NCBI GenBank assembly: GCA_964016885.1
Contig: OZ024742.1
Location: 195,362,001-195,426,000 of the forward strand
Length of the DNA stretch: 64,000 nt
Direction of reading: 5' to 3'
Origin: Eledone cirrhosa
Taxonomy: Eukaryota
Shown piece by piece: positions 43,100 through 56,643 of the stretch; the stretch's first letter is position 1; the number at the start of each line of letters is the position of its first letter. The notes below the pieces were generated by a model. It searched no databases, was not told where the DNA came from, and saw only the letters and a program-made list of their open reading frames with translations. Position numbers and translations under genes: made by a program.

Positions 43100-44457
43100 T
43101 TAACTAGAGTACCATTGACGTACTGGGGCTGATATAATTAATATCCCCTTCCACAAATTTCTGGCCTTGTGCCTATATAAGAAACCATTATTCTTACAAG
43201 GGCGCTGGATTGGCAGTATCGATAGAGAGCCGGACACCATGCTTTGCAGTATAGAGTTACGGCCCTTTACGGTCTGAGTTGAAATCTCGCCGAGGTTAAC
43301 TTTGCCTGTCATCCTTACGGGGTCGATAAAATAAAGTACCAGTCACGCACTTAGGCGATTTAATCGATTTTCCCCTCCCCGAAATTGTTGGCATGGTGCC
43401 TATATAAGAAACCATTATTCTTACAAGGGCGGCGAATTGGTAGAATCGTTGAAGCGTTGTACTCAATGCTTTGCGGCACTTAATTACAACTCTTAAAGTT
43501 CTGAATTCAAATCCTACCGAGGTCAACTTTGTCTTTCCTCAAGAGGTCGATAAAATAAAATAACAGCCAAGTATTGATGTTGATATAGTTGACTTTCCCC
43601 ACCCAACAAAATATTGGCATTGTGTCTAAACTAGAAACCATTAAGGACGGTGGGTTCGCAGAATCGTTAATGCGTTGGATAAAATGATTTGCAGTATTTC
43701 CTTGCAGCCGTCTATATTCTGGTTTCAAATCACAACGAGGTTAACTTTGCCTTTCATCCTTTTGGGGATCAATAAAATAAGATACCAGTCAAGTACCGAG
43801 GTCGATGTAATCGACTTTCCCCTTCCCCAGTGTTTCTGGCGTTGTGTCAATGTTAGAAGCCTCTTTTATTCACCCATTTATTCCTGAGAGGGTCGTGGAA
43901 CCAGAGTCCTCAAACACTCATTGTAGCGGGTCCTGTCAGAAGCAACCATCTCCAACTGATCCGGCTGGATCCCGAATTGTGACCAGCCAAGGCTCATGGT
44001 TGCTATCCAACTATCTTACTCGGGGGCTACCCATGGGTCTCCTACCTGTTGGTTTCTTCCTTAAAATCTGCCCAGCGATTCTTTCCTGAGACATTCTAAC
44101 CACATGCCCATAGTATCGGAGCTGTGATCTCTCATTTTGGAAAAGTAACGGCTCATCCTGGAGTGACTCTCTGATCTCCGAGTAACGTTACTCCAAAGAC
44201 CCTCAATGTTAGAAGCCATTATTAAATCTCGCCCAAGGGCGGTGGATTGGCAGTTTCGGTAAAGAGTCGGACACCATGCTTAGTGTCATAGAGTTACGGC
44301 CCTTTACGATCTGAGTTCAAATCCCGCCGAGGTTAACTTTGCCTTTCATCCTTACGGAGTCGATAAATAAAGTACCAGTAACGTACTGGGGTGGATTTAA
44401 TCCACATTTCTCTCCCCTAAAATTGTTGGCCTTGTGCCTAAATCAGAAACCATTATT
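43100..44457 (+). mobile_element. Cluster of same-orientation SINE copies interrupted by an RTE fragment
   Basis: Units at about 43100, 43200, 43428, 43645 and 44237 share the head and end in AGAA.CCATTA. Confidence 0.8.
43875..44205 (-). mobile_element. RTE-clade LINE 3' fragment
   Basis: Minus strand SQLRYYGHVVRMSQERIAGQILRKKPTGRRPMG; CAATGTTAGAAGCC on both sides, a possible TSD. Confidence 0.75.
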
Positions 44458-44941
44458 AAAACAAAATTTAGAAAGACATGACAAGCTGTTTTGGTGTGGG
44501 GGTTAAATAGAAATAGAAACAAGAAGATTATACATTAAAAGGTATTTGATATTCGATGAAATTCAAGTTAAAAAGTGCAATGCTGTCTCTGACTTATATG
44601 AGTTAATAATAGTTGCTCAAGACAGTACGCAGTGGGGCCAAACCCGGGACGTAATGACTGCGAAGCGAGCTTCTTAACCATTCGACCACGTTGCGTCCAG
44701 TAATCAAAAAATAAACACGAGATGATAACATAAATCTAACGATCAAACCTCAAGTTTCAAATTACGGTGATAAAGCCCGTGGAAATGTACATGAATTACA
44801 TTGTCTACAATAAATGAAACAGTGCAAAGCCAATAACTCTTCAGGGGCTGATGTGGCTAAGAAGGTCTAGAATCGTTGATCATGGATTTAAGCTCTTTGG
44901 ATTGGAAATGCTACAAATAGACTTGAACGTAGTCGTGATTT

Positions 44942-45128
44942 TAATAATTGTTTCTACTTTAGGCACAAGGCCAGCAATTACCCAGTGCATTACTGGTACT
45001 TTATTTTATCGACCCCGTAAGGATGAAAGGCAAAGTCAACCTCGGCGGGATTTGAACTCAAATCGTAAAGGGACGTAACTATGCTGGAAAGCATGGCGTC
45101 CGACCCTCTACCGATACTGCCAATCCAC
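44942..45128 (-). mobile_element. SINE, young subfamily
   Basis: Near-identical to 2311 and 39950. Confidence 0.88.
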
Positions 45129-45182
45129 CACACATATCTAAAAGAGCTGTTGACTATATATACTAATATATCTACACACACA

Positions 45183-45289
<107 letters not shown>

Positions 45290-45478
45290 ATATATACGCA
45301 CCACTAATATATATAAGTATAAGTGGTATGTGTGTATATATATATGCGAGTGTGTGGTGTGTACGTAAGTACATACATACACACATACATACATACATAC
45401 ATACATACATACATACATACATACATGCATACATACATACATACATACATACATACATACATACATACATACATACAT

Positions 45479-45900
45479 AAAAACTGCCACCAAATTAAAG
45501 CACAACCGGCCTGATATTGTAGTTTGGGACCACACATTGAAAACGTGTTCTGTTGTGGAGATCAGCTGCCCACTTGATGTAAACGTTGTCAGAAAAATAC
45601 AGGAGCAGGAGGACATCTACGGACCATTGATGAGGAGTTTACAAATCCAGTATCCAAGATACACCTTCAGCTTCATACCCATCATTATTGGTGCTACGGG
45701 TTATATACCAACCCGCTTGGACCAAAGTATGACTGAACTTGGATTTGCGGACAAAAAGCGCAGCTCCCTAATTCATAGTCTGCAAATGGCTGCGATAGCT
45801 GGCACCTTCAAAATTTGCAAAATTTCTTTTCTTTTACAACCTTGCCACCAGGAAGGTGGCCGGTCAAAAAAATATACTCGAAATTAAGAGAAAGAGAAAA
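45479..45900 (+). mobile_element. R4/Dong-like LINE 3' fragment (restriction-like endonuclease) inside (TACA)n
   Basis: KHNRPDIVVWD...VVEISCPLD...Y..L...FIPIIIGATG is the PD-(D/E) RLE domain; (TACA)n on both sides. Confidence 0.85.
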
Positions 45901-46661
45901 CATACATACATACATACATACATACATACATACATACATACATACATACATACATACATACATACATACATACATACATACATGTGGTGTGTTTATATGC
46001 ATATATAGTTTTCAACATCTATTTCAGATGTTGTTCTGAGTCTGAGTGTGTGTGTGCGTGTGTGTTTTATGAGTTCTTTTTTTTTTTTCTGGACAATGGT
46101 CAGTAAATATTGTACAGTTCAGCTATTTTGGTTCCAGAGAAGAACCAAGCCTACAAAACAGAAAAGTTTCAAGATTAATCGAATGGTAATCGATAAATCG
46201 ATCACAAAGTTCCTACAGCGAGAATTCTTCTTACCTTTCCAACAGATCACAAAATTAAAAGACTACAAGGTTTCAAGCATTTAACTACACATTTCCCGTC
46301 TTTTAATTTAACAGAATGGACACAGCATGGCCATATGTTTCAGTATATGTGTGTGTGTGAGTCAATATATGTGTCTTACTCGCACATGTATTCACCCAGC
46401 TTATACTGACAGAATAACCATGTTGCTTGTGTTTCTTTCTATCTTCGGTTAGCTTTCCCCTGTGTTGTTTACTTGTCTTACTCGCTTTACGCGTTTCAAT
46501 TGTCCTAATAACTTATTTTAGTTATTCTCGCACCAACGTGAGGTATATGCTTTTTAATGCGATGAAATACCAATGATCGTTGGCAAATCACTGATGAGGG
46601 ACTCATTTTATAACATGTATTCCATGTGCAACCATGCAGTATTCTTCTCCCCATATTTTTC

Positions 46662-46693
<32 letters not shown>

Positions 46694-46902
46694 ACTTACA
46701 CACGCACACACACAAATATATGTACATACATAGGAAAAGTGTCAGGACCCCGACGGCTGAGCTCCGGCTGTTTCTAGGTGTCGAAACGACCGGAGCTCAG
46801 CCGTCGGGGTCCTGTCTTTTTCCTATTACCCACTCTATTACCCTAAGTATTGAGTACTCTGGTGCTTTATGGTCCACCTGGTATCTTACCACACCCTCTT
46901 TG

Positions 46903-46977
<75 letters not shown>

Positions 46978-47113
46978 GTATAGGATTACCAAAGATGTAG
47001 TAATGGTTAATTACTACACTGGATATGGTTGACGTACGGTGAGAGGTTACTCAACGAGTTATGGAAGAATTGTTGGAGAAACTTAGTTCCTGATCCTTCT
47101 GTATTCCGGAGTG

Positions 47114-47912
47114 TATATAAAGAATGAATAATAACAGGTAGACATCATAAAAAGGTAATTTATTCCGTGTGCTTACAAATGTTTCCACGGTGGTACTACA
47201 GCCTAGTTATGCTATGTCAAAATTTACAAGTATTTGCAGAACTCAAATATCCAATGCTGTGACCACTGTATCCTCAGAGCAGAATGGTAAAATGTACAAT
47301 GTAAATACCCTTAAGTGGGGTTGTTGGGGAAGATAGAGTAGAAAAAGGGAGAGAGAAAAGTAGGGGAGAGGGAGAGAGAGAGAAAGATATGCAGGGGTTG
47401 GAGAAGTAGGAGAGAGTGGTTTGTAGATATCTTAATCAAAATGTTATGGTAGGGGTTTTATTATACTGGTTACTTTTAGAGAGATGCGTTGATAGTTAAG
47501 GTCGGAATTATTTATTGCCCCAGAGGGCAGGTTCATAGATGTGGAGAGGGAGGTAGGCCAGTATAATAAAACCCCTACCATAACATTTTGATTAAGATAT
47601 CTACAAACCACTCTCTCCTACTTCTCCAACCCCTGCATATCTTTCTCTCTCTCTCCCTCTCCCCTACTTTTCTCTCTCCCTTTTCTACTCTATCTTCCCC
47701 AACAACCCCACTTAAGGGTATTTACATTGTACATTTTACCATTCTGCTCTGAGGATACAGTGGTCCCAGCATTGGATATTTGAGTTCTGCAAATACTTGT
47801 AAATTTGCACATAGCATAACTAGGCTGTAGTACCACCGTGGAAACATTTGTAAGCACACGGAATAAATTACCTTTTTATGATGTCTACCTGTTATTATTC
47901 ATTCTTTATATA
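47114..47912. mobile_element. Penelope-like fold-back (arms 47114-47469 and 47558-47912) with hammerheads
   Basis: Near-identical inverted arms of about 355 bp, 88-bp spacer, (TA)n flank. Confidence 0.8.
47745..47856 (+). ncRNA. Type I hammerhead with about 85-nt stem II (mirror copy 47170-47281, minus)
   Basis: TGCT-CTGAGGA-TACAGTGGT...ACCACCGTG-GAAAC-ATTT-GTA-AGCA. Confidence 0.75.
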
Positions 47913-47975
47913 TATATATATATAGAATAAGGAAAAGCGAAGTAGTTTCAGATGTTCAAGTCCTTTAATAATAAT

Positions 47976-48047
47976 GCTGTGATATATATTTCAATGACGA
48001 CACTGGCCACACTGTGCTGTGCGAGTGTCGTGACATCATCAGACAGC
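47976..48047 (-). ncRNA. Type I hammerhead ribozyme, apparently intact core
   Basis: GCTGT-CTGATGA-tgtc-ACGACACT-CGCAC-agcaca-GTGTG-gcc-AGTGTCGT-catt-GAAA-TATAT-ATC-ACAGC. Confidence 0.78.
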
Positions 48048-48087
48048 TTGTTACATAATAAGGTTATGTTTCCGAGGCAATCCAAAT

Positions 48088-48231
48088 TGAATCGACATGG
48101 GACGGATGAGGTGTGTGCTTTTGGGTTCTTCATCCGTTCCCCTGTGAGTACCAATTCACCCCCACCGGTCTTCGCAGGCGCATGTCCGAAGGAAGTTGAC
48201 CATTAGCTACCGCAGATTTCAACGAAATTCG
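48088..48231 (+). ncRNA. Candidate type III hammerhead-like fold with branched stem I
   Basis: GAAT-C / GACATG...CATGTC / CGAAGGAA / GTTGA...TCAAC / GAAA-TTC; core is non-canonical. Confidence 0.4.
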
Positions 48232-49464
48232 CTTAGTCAGTTCACCCTCAGCCAAACAATGGCCCACCTAGGCCTGTACCATAGTTTACTGCTACCCATC
48301 CCGACTGTGGCAGTCAGCCGAAAGCCAGAGGGGATGGGAGAGTGTTAGTTTTTACAGGTCACAATACTACCTCTCACCAAGCGTGGACAGTACGACTGAC
48401 CATCAACTCATAAGAGAAAATAAACTTAATTCTAGGTATCATGGTTTTACATTGGAAGTTAAGAGTGAGAGTTGGAAATAAAAATTAAAATCCTAAATCA
48501 AATATCAGAAATTATAAATAAAACAATTAAAAAATTAACAATTAGAAATTAAAAAATTAAAAAATTTTTCAAGTGAGAATCCGGATTGAGGTGAGTAAAA
48601 AAAATATAGATTGAAGTGAGTAAATAATATGGAGAGAGATGTTTAAGTAAGAAGTTCTGAGAGGGGTTCTAATGTCATAGTTACTCTATCCACATATTGA
48701 ACGACAGTGCCGTACATTAGAACGGAGGGTAAACTACAGTATTCAAGGCAGTAGTCAATCTGGTACACAGTCATAATTTCCGTCACATGGAACAAAACCA
48801 AAGAAAAACAGACATAAAGTACACAAAAGAAAAGAACCAATAATGAATAAATGCAAAAACACACAGTACATATATGCAAAATGATCCATATGATTGTCAA
48901 TCTGTCAATGTATAGATTGAATTGAGGGGGCTTCTGTTCAAATGCGATTTGGTGCAGGAAAATAGGGGTTTATCTTAGTCTTTTTGTTTCCGCGTATTTA
49001 TCCTGCCGAAAGTTACTATTATGTCCGTCCAGTGTCAGGGGTTTCCATCCCCATGGTAGAGGGAATTTCCAGGGGTAGCTCATGGTTGGTTCCTCTCTTC
49101 TCCACCATATCGCTTACATCATAGAGCGCTCAACTAATTGGAGCTAAATTATTAGGATAAACATTGATGCAATTCAATTCAAGCACTCAACGTAATTTTT
49201 CCACATAGGAGCCACGGAGTAAATATAGAATAAGGAAAAGCGAAGTAGTTTCAGATGTTCAAGTCCTTTAATAATAATTCCTTATAATAATTCCTGGCTG
49301 TGCGGATGATTAGTTTAACCACCATCTCAGTGTGTTTGGCCTTTAACGTATGTTGTAGCTCTGATTCATATGAATCATCGAGCGCTTGCCACACATCTCG
49401 GAAGTTGTTTTTCGTTAATTCCTGAGCTGAAATACGATTCTAGCTAATTTATATTTGTATATAT

Positions 49465-49591
<127 letters not shown>

Positions 49592-49804
49592 CAAAAAAGA
49601 TGAAATCGAAAATGCAATTTTCCTTTATACTTTCACTCGTGTAGGACACCTCGGTTATTTTTCATTTTGTAAAAATACCTCACTCTCTAATATATATATA
49701 TATATATATATCCAAAATTGAATTAAATTAATTTATAAGGTCTCTATCTATCCATCTATCTAAATCCATTTATCTATACATCTATCTATCCATCTATGTA
49801 AATC

Positions 49805-50512
49805 CATTTATAAGGTATCTATTTTTAAAGTTCTAGTTAAACTTTAATTAGATATATGTGCTAGCTATGTGTGCTTACACACTTTTACAAATTATTCCCT
49901 GTGATTGTTTCATATGTTTATTTTAGATATATATATATATATATGTCAATCAATTTCTAGTTGATATAAAATGCTCGGATCTATTCATTGGAATCTTGGA
50001 GCATATTCTACAGTGGATATGGCGCATGTCTCTCTGACATGACACCCTTAATTTAATTTAATTTTGTATATATATATACGGCCCCTTAATTGTTGAGCTA
50101 ACTCAGTTGAAAGGACTCGACTGCTATTTATAGTTGTCGATAACCCTATTCACGCCACTGGATGTAGCTGGTACGATGTGTGTATTTTTAAAAAGTGCAA
50201 CACGTGCTACTAGTCATTCGCAGATTTGAATTTGCTGTGTAAACACAGATAGTCATGTCTTCTTCCAAATCAGGAATTTGGCTACTGTGGTTTACCGAAC
50301 GATTGATGGTATGGTGAAATATATTTCTTTAATGAAATATATACAAGGAAGATTAATCAATTTATAAGGTATCTATTTTTAAAGTTCTAGTTAAACTTTA
50401 ATTAGTTACCTACATAGCTATGTGTGCTTACAGACTTTTACAAATTATTCCCTGTGATCGTTTCATATGTTTATTTTAGATATATATATATGTATGTCAA
50501 TCAATTTCTAGT

Positions 50513-50520
<8 letters not shown>
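49805..50520. mobile_element. Partial tandem (period about 553 bp) of the unclassified repeat family at 20580
   Basis: TTTATAAGGTATCTATTTTTAAAGTTCTAG...TTTCTAGTTGATATA at about 49808 and 50361. Confidence 0.7.
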
Positions 50521-50554
<34 letters not shown>

Positions 50555-50781
50555 CGAAGGAAAAGTGGTAAGGAACCAGGTGGACCATAACGCACCAAAG
50601 TACTCAATACTTAGGGTAGTAGAGTGGGTAATAGGAGTAAGCTGAGCTCAAGCCGTTTCGACGGCTAATTCTGTACGAATATATATAATATATATATATA
50701 TATATATAATATATATATATTCGTATTAAATCATCAGGAATGCATTCAGAGGAATGAAACAGTTCTAGTCCTGTAGAAGCC

Positions 50782-50889
<108 letters not shown>

Positions 50890-51922
50890 ATATAAATATG
50901 CATATATACGCACCACTCATATATATAAGCGTGAAACTAATATTAACATTTGTACTGTCTCTTCGCTTCCACGTTGTTGCTTTTTTTTTGTTTTTTGTTT
51001 ACTGTCTCAACTATAATATATATATAGCTTTTAAAGAATCTCCCTTTCCTTTAAATCTATCTACCATGACTGACCCCCACTGATCTTATAGATACCTGTT
51101 AGCTTAAGAGAAACTTAATAATAAGGAGTGGCCTGCCATCCTGAACCTGTTTATAGAATTCCTTCTGCCTTTGTTACTCTAAAAATAAAAATATAAATAA
51201 AAATAAAAATAAATTATAGCTTTGTAGAATTAGCTTTTAATGAATTCCCTTTTCTATCAACCAATGACCTACACCCATCCCACTCCCCACCCTCTCCTAC
51301 CACTTGTAGAGACCTATAAATACCATACTTATTTTTTGATACCCAGATTCATTATGATTTCTAAAGAATGAAACAGTTCTAGTCCTGTAGAATCTCAACT
51401 ATATTAAAACTATATATATATATATATATATATTGGTAAACGGAATAGAAAATGCTGACAAATTGTTCACAGTTGAAAAATGGTTTAATTAGGAATAAAA
51501 GAGTATTAGTGATTGTATGGGTTAGTATTCAGTTGTGGTTTTAAGTTTTTAAGTTTTTACCGGTTGCGCATTTCTAAATGCTTTTCAAAAATAATTTTGA
51601 GATAGAGTGTCCGTGCTGTTTGCTCTGATCTGATTAGTTTTGGGAATTCTACCTGTTTTTATGTTAAAAAAGTGGCTCCAGTGTTATTTTTGTGTTGCAA
51701 AAATTCTTGTGGTCAAAACAATTTTGATTGGTCGGTAGAGGTCATGTGAATGTAAAAAGTTGATTTTGCGCCAAGACTGTTTTTATGTTAAAAAAGTGGC
51801 TCCAGCAAAAATTCTTGGTCAAAACAATTTTGATTGGTCGGTAGAGGTCGTGTGAATAAAAAATTGGTTTTGCGCCAAGATTGAGAAATGACTCTTTCAC
51901 AACAAATATGTGTGTGTGTGTG

Positions 51923-51967
<45 letters not shown>

Positions 51968-52038
51968 TAGTAGTAGTAAGGTGTTCGATGCTGCGACAAT
52001 GGCCAACAGCGATGTGTGTCAAATGGCTATTAAGATAA

Positions 52039-52069
<31 letters not shown>

Positions 52070-52265
52070 GCAGAGTAATTTGTGGTGGCAGGGATGGTCA
52101 GTAAGAATGTGTCTGAAAGCAATGAGGGGTATTTTAGCATGTCAAAAGATATTTTTCAGCTTTTGTCTTATACGGAGAAGTGCGTGTGTGTGTGTGTGTG
52201 TATATATAAGTCTCTTTGTATGTTGATGTACGCGTGTGTATGTGTTTGTGTATATATATGTGTGT

Positions 52266-52337
<72 letters not shown>

Positions 52338-52663
52338 TGGGTGGACCAGTATTTTTTTCCCCCTGGTAAAATGGTGTACATTATTCGATTTTTTCAGTAA
52401 AATCGGTTCTCTTAATAGAACATCAAAAATCTTAACAATAAAAGGTGTGAAATGATATTCACTATATATATATACACATACATATATTCACTACATATAT
52501 ATATATATATATATACATATATACATACATATATATGCACATATATTTCTTTGTATTGCATCATAGAGCATGTGTGTTTACGTGTGTCATTGTGTTTATA
52601 TGTGGGTAGAGATGTGTGCTGATGTAGGTATGTATGTTGACGTGTGTATGTTGTGGGTTCGTC

Positions 52664-54950
52664 TTAGGGAGAAGTGTTTAGACGGGGTCCGTATTTGTTA
52701 ATGAAGTAAGATTCCTTGCTGATGCGCTGGGTGTGGGTGACATTATCTTTAAATTTGTAGAGGGGAAAGATTCTGAAGTTGGGATGATTTTGGGCGGCAC
52801 AGGTATCAATGTGTTCACTCAGTGGTATTTTCCTGTATTCCCGTATTTTAATTTGGGATCTATGGACAGCCATGCGTTGGCGGAGGCTGTTTTTGGTCTG
52901 GCCTATGTATTGTTCTCGACAACCTGAACAAGTTAATACATATATTAGATTTTCCGATGCACATGTGAAATTGTGTTTTACTATAAAACGTTGTCCATCT
53001 TTGAAATAGAATTCCGAACCCTCTATTAGGTTGATGCAAATGCCACAGTTGGGTCTATCGCATTTTTTTACTGTGGGTTTCGTTGTTGTGGTTGGCAGTA
53101 CTTTGGCGTGTGTTAAGATGTTTTTCATTGACTTAGATTGTCTTTTGCTCTTTATGATATCGTGTGTTCGTAGAATTTGGTTCATTCTATGGTCCTTTTT
53201 CAATACAGGGATGTTCTGGAGGATGGTGTCAAAGGCCTCATTGTTGAGGGGGTTGTGTGTGGAGATGTATGGAAGAGCTTTTAGTTTTGGTTGATTTACT
53301 TTAGGGTGTCTAAGGTCCTGGGTACTGAGTTTTAGCGCACGTTGGATTCCATTGTCAATTAGTGATGCAGGGTAGTCCCTGCCTATGAGTGTGTCCTTTA
53401 GTTCTTGTAGCCGTAAGTAGCAGATGTTTTTATTGGAGACTATAGTAAAGATTCTCTTGGCTAAGTTGTAGGGAATATTAATTTTAACGTGTCTAGGGTG
53501 GCAAGAGTTGAAGGGGAGATATTGCTTGGAGTCTGTGGCCTTGTAGTATATGTCTGTTTCTATTTTTTGTTATGGATCTTAATGAGGATGTCGAGGAAGG
53601 GGAGTTGTTGATGGCTGTATTCCATCGTGAAGTTAATATTTGTGTTGAGCCCATTTATAAGGGTGTGAAATTCTTTAAGTTTTTCGATGTTTTCGTGCCA
53701 AAGGATGAAGCAGTCATCTAGATATCGCTTCCAGTTCCTTTCAATGTGTAAGTGGAGGGTGTTTCCAAATTTGTTTAGGACTTTAGTGTAGAGGGTGATT
53801 TCCAGGTATCCCATGACTAGGTTGGCATAAGTAGGGGCTGTTTTCGTTCCCATAGCGGTCCCAGATTTCTGCATGTAGGGTTTGTTATTGAAAACGAAGT
53901 AATTGTTCTCCAAGATAAATTTGAGTCCCTCTATCACGAATTCTTTTTTGATACGTTGTGGGAGTTCATTGTGGAAATTATCCAGCCAGAATTGGATAGC
54001 TTCTATTCCTAGGTTGTGGGGGATGTTGGAGTATAGGTTGACTACATCGAACAAACCCTACTAGTAGGGTTTGTTCAGAAAGTGGCATATTAGGGAGGTG
54101 ATTGAGCATATCTAGGTCGTCCCTTATATAGCTTTTGATGTGCTTGAGGAAGGGTTTGAGAAGGGTATCAATGAAGTTGCTAAGACGGTGCGTTTCGCAA
54201 GCGGGGCCTTCTATTATAGGTCTTAATTTGAGATCATTGGGTGAGGGGACATTGATGATTATGTCTGTGGCTTCCTTGCATGCCTTACTTATTGATTCGC
54301 TTTTATGTACTTTAGGGATACCGTAGAAAAGGCTGGATTTACTTGTGAAGTCTGTGATGAAGCTGAATTCCTTGTTAGTGAGTCCTTCTTTGTATTGGTT
54401 GATTAGAGTTTTTAGGTTTCTCATACTTTTCTGTTGATTGTAGTGTTCAGCCTTTTCGTAGTATGTTTCGTTTTCCAAAGTGGAGAGCGCTAAGTTGATA
54501 TAGAATTCTGTCTCCATTAGGACTACTGTACTCCCTTTATCAGCCTCTTTAATTGTAATGGTTCTGTCGGTTTTTAATCTATTTAATTCTTCCCATTCTT
54601 TCTTGTTGATTTTTGGCTTGTGTTTTTGTCTGTGCAAGTGTTGGTAAGGGAAGTTTGTGATGTGTTCACAGAATTCGTCCAGGATTTTATTTCTACCTTT
54701 TGAAGGGGTGTAATTGCTTCTATTTCTGGCTAATGATTCATCCTCATTGTACTGGTCGAATAGTTGTTCACTAAGTCGTAACTTTCTACAGAAGTCTGTG
54801 ATGTCTTCCTTCATTTCATAGTAGTTAGGACGTAGTGGGGTCGGTGTGAATTTAAGACCTTTGGAGAGTAAGTTGATAAGGTTGGGTGTTGGTTCTGCAC
54901 TAGTAAGATTGATAATTTTTATTACTATCGGTTTCTCCTCCCTGTCTTGT
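52664..54950 (-). pseudogene. Penelope ORF: reverse transcriptase, Cys linker and GIY-YIG endonuclease, frameshifted
   Basis: LLSKGLKFTP, KEADKG, FYGIPKVHK, LRPII, DVVNLYSNIP, GTAMGT..AP.YANL.MG, RYLDD, LPFLD, CDRPNCGIC, LIYVLTC..C.EQYIGQT. Confidence 0.93.
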
Positions 54951-55443
54951 GTTATTTTGTTTGCCTGTATCTGTGTGCTGTGTCTAAAAAATGGTTGGGG
55001 TAGAGGGGTTGTCTGCTGATATTAAGTGGTCTCCTGTGTTTGTTATATTCCTTGTTGTTGTAAAATGTGGTTCGGGTTGGTGGTTGTAGATTGAATGGGG
55101 TGTTCCTGTACTGCGAGTATGGGTGTGTGTTTCTATGTGCCATGTTGTATTGTGGTGTTATAAGTGGCCTACGTTGTTGGTTGTATCGTGTGGTGTGGGT
55201 TTGTTGTGTATTGTGGAAGTGAGAGTTGAGAAAATGGTAATTACCTTGCTGTCCCCTTGAAGCGGGGAAGTTGTTGCATCTATCATGGCGGTGGTATCTT
55301 TTCCCTATGTTTGACGATGAGGAATCCGCGTAGTAGTTGAGTGATTTGGTATGGTGTCTCCTTGAAGGGGGAAAGTTGTAAATGACACATTCTTACTGAC
55401 CATCCCTGCCACCACGAATCACTCTGCTATATACACACACACA

Positions 55444-55492
<49 letters not shown>

Positions 55493-55564
55493 ATCTTAAT
55501 AGCCATTTGACACACATCGCTGCTGGCCATTGTCGCAGCATCGAACACCTTACTACTACTACTA

Positions 55565-55637
<73 letters not shown>

Positions 55638-55961
55638 ACACACATATTTGTTGTGAAAGAGTCATTTCTCAATCTTGGCGCAAAACCAATTTTTTATTCA
55701 CATGACCTCTACCGACCAATCAAAATTGTTTTGACCAAGAATTTTTGCTGGAGCCACTTTTTTAACATAAAAACAGTCTTGGCGCAAAATCAACTTTTTA
55801 CATTCACATGACCTCTACCGACCAATCAAAATTGTTTTGACCACAAGAATTTTTGCAACACAAAAATAACGCTGGAGCCACTTTTTTAACATAAAAACTG
55901 GTAGAATTCCCAAAACTAATCAGATCAGAGCAAACAGCACGGACACTCTATCTCAAAATTA

Positions 55962-55999
55962 TTTTTGAAAAGCATTTAGAAATGCGCAACCGGTAAAAA
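55962..55999 (+). ncRNA. Variant hammerhead-like motif in the pLTR (sense copy 51554-51591, minus)
   Basis: TTT-TTGAAAA-GCATT-taga-AATGC-GCAAC-CG-GTA-AAAA; stem III ACCGGT is palindromic. Confidence 0.45.
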
Positions 56000-56155
56000 C
56001 TTAAAAACTTAAAACCACAACTGAATACTAACCCATACAATCACTAATACTCTTTCATTCCTAATTAAACTATTTTTCAACTGTGAACAATTCGTCAGCA
56101 TTTTCTATTCCGTTTACCAATATATAATAACTTGTGTGTTACACCTCTATTCTTT

Positions 56156-56274
<119 letters not shown>

Positions 56275-56543
56275 GTAAATAGGCACGTGTTGTTTCTCAA
56301 AATACTTTTTCCGTTTCTTTTTCCTCTTCTCACTCTCTATCTTTCTATTTCATCTGTTATTCCTCATTCTATCTCCTGGTAAATGACTTGTGTCCGAAAT
56401 GTTAAGACAGTTTTCCAGCGATATCAAGCTTTAAACTAATATATGTCTTCATTGTACTGTGCCTATGTCTATGTGTGTTTGTGTTCGTATATGTATAGAA
56501 ATTCTTGTGTCCGCGTATTTGTATATAGATGTGTGCGTTTATA

Positions 56544-56643
<100 letters not shown>

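Larger units (their letters stand above)
47920..49278 (-). mobile_element. 1303-bp-period non-coding element with 56-bp terminal direct repeats and a hammerhead
   Basis: Identical repeats 47920-47975 and 49223-49278; no credible ORF; hammerhead abuts the left repeat. Confidence 0.7.
51427..56126 (-). mobile_element. Penelope-like element (Neptune-type) with inverted 5' pLTR
   Basis: Inverted arms 51431-52113 and 55384-56122 enclose an RT plus GIY-YIG ORF; TA repeats at the ends. Confidence 0.93.

Noticed and set aside
42265-43107. Hydrophobic 200-280 aa ORFs
   Set aside because: Translations of (TTC)n and (TTTTTA)n arrays
43200-44457. tRNA-like A/B boxes
   Set aside because: SINE heads; no cloverleaf, so not tRNA genes
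51427-56126. DNA transposon or DIRS interpretation of the long terminal inverted repeats
   Set aside because: The enclosed ORF is Penelope RT plus GIY-YIG, with no transposase or tyrosine recombinase
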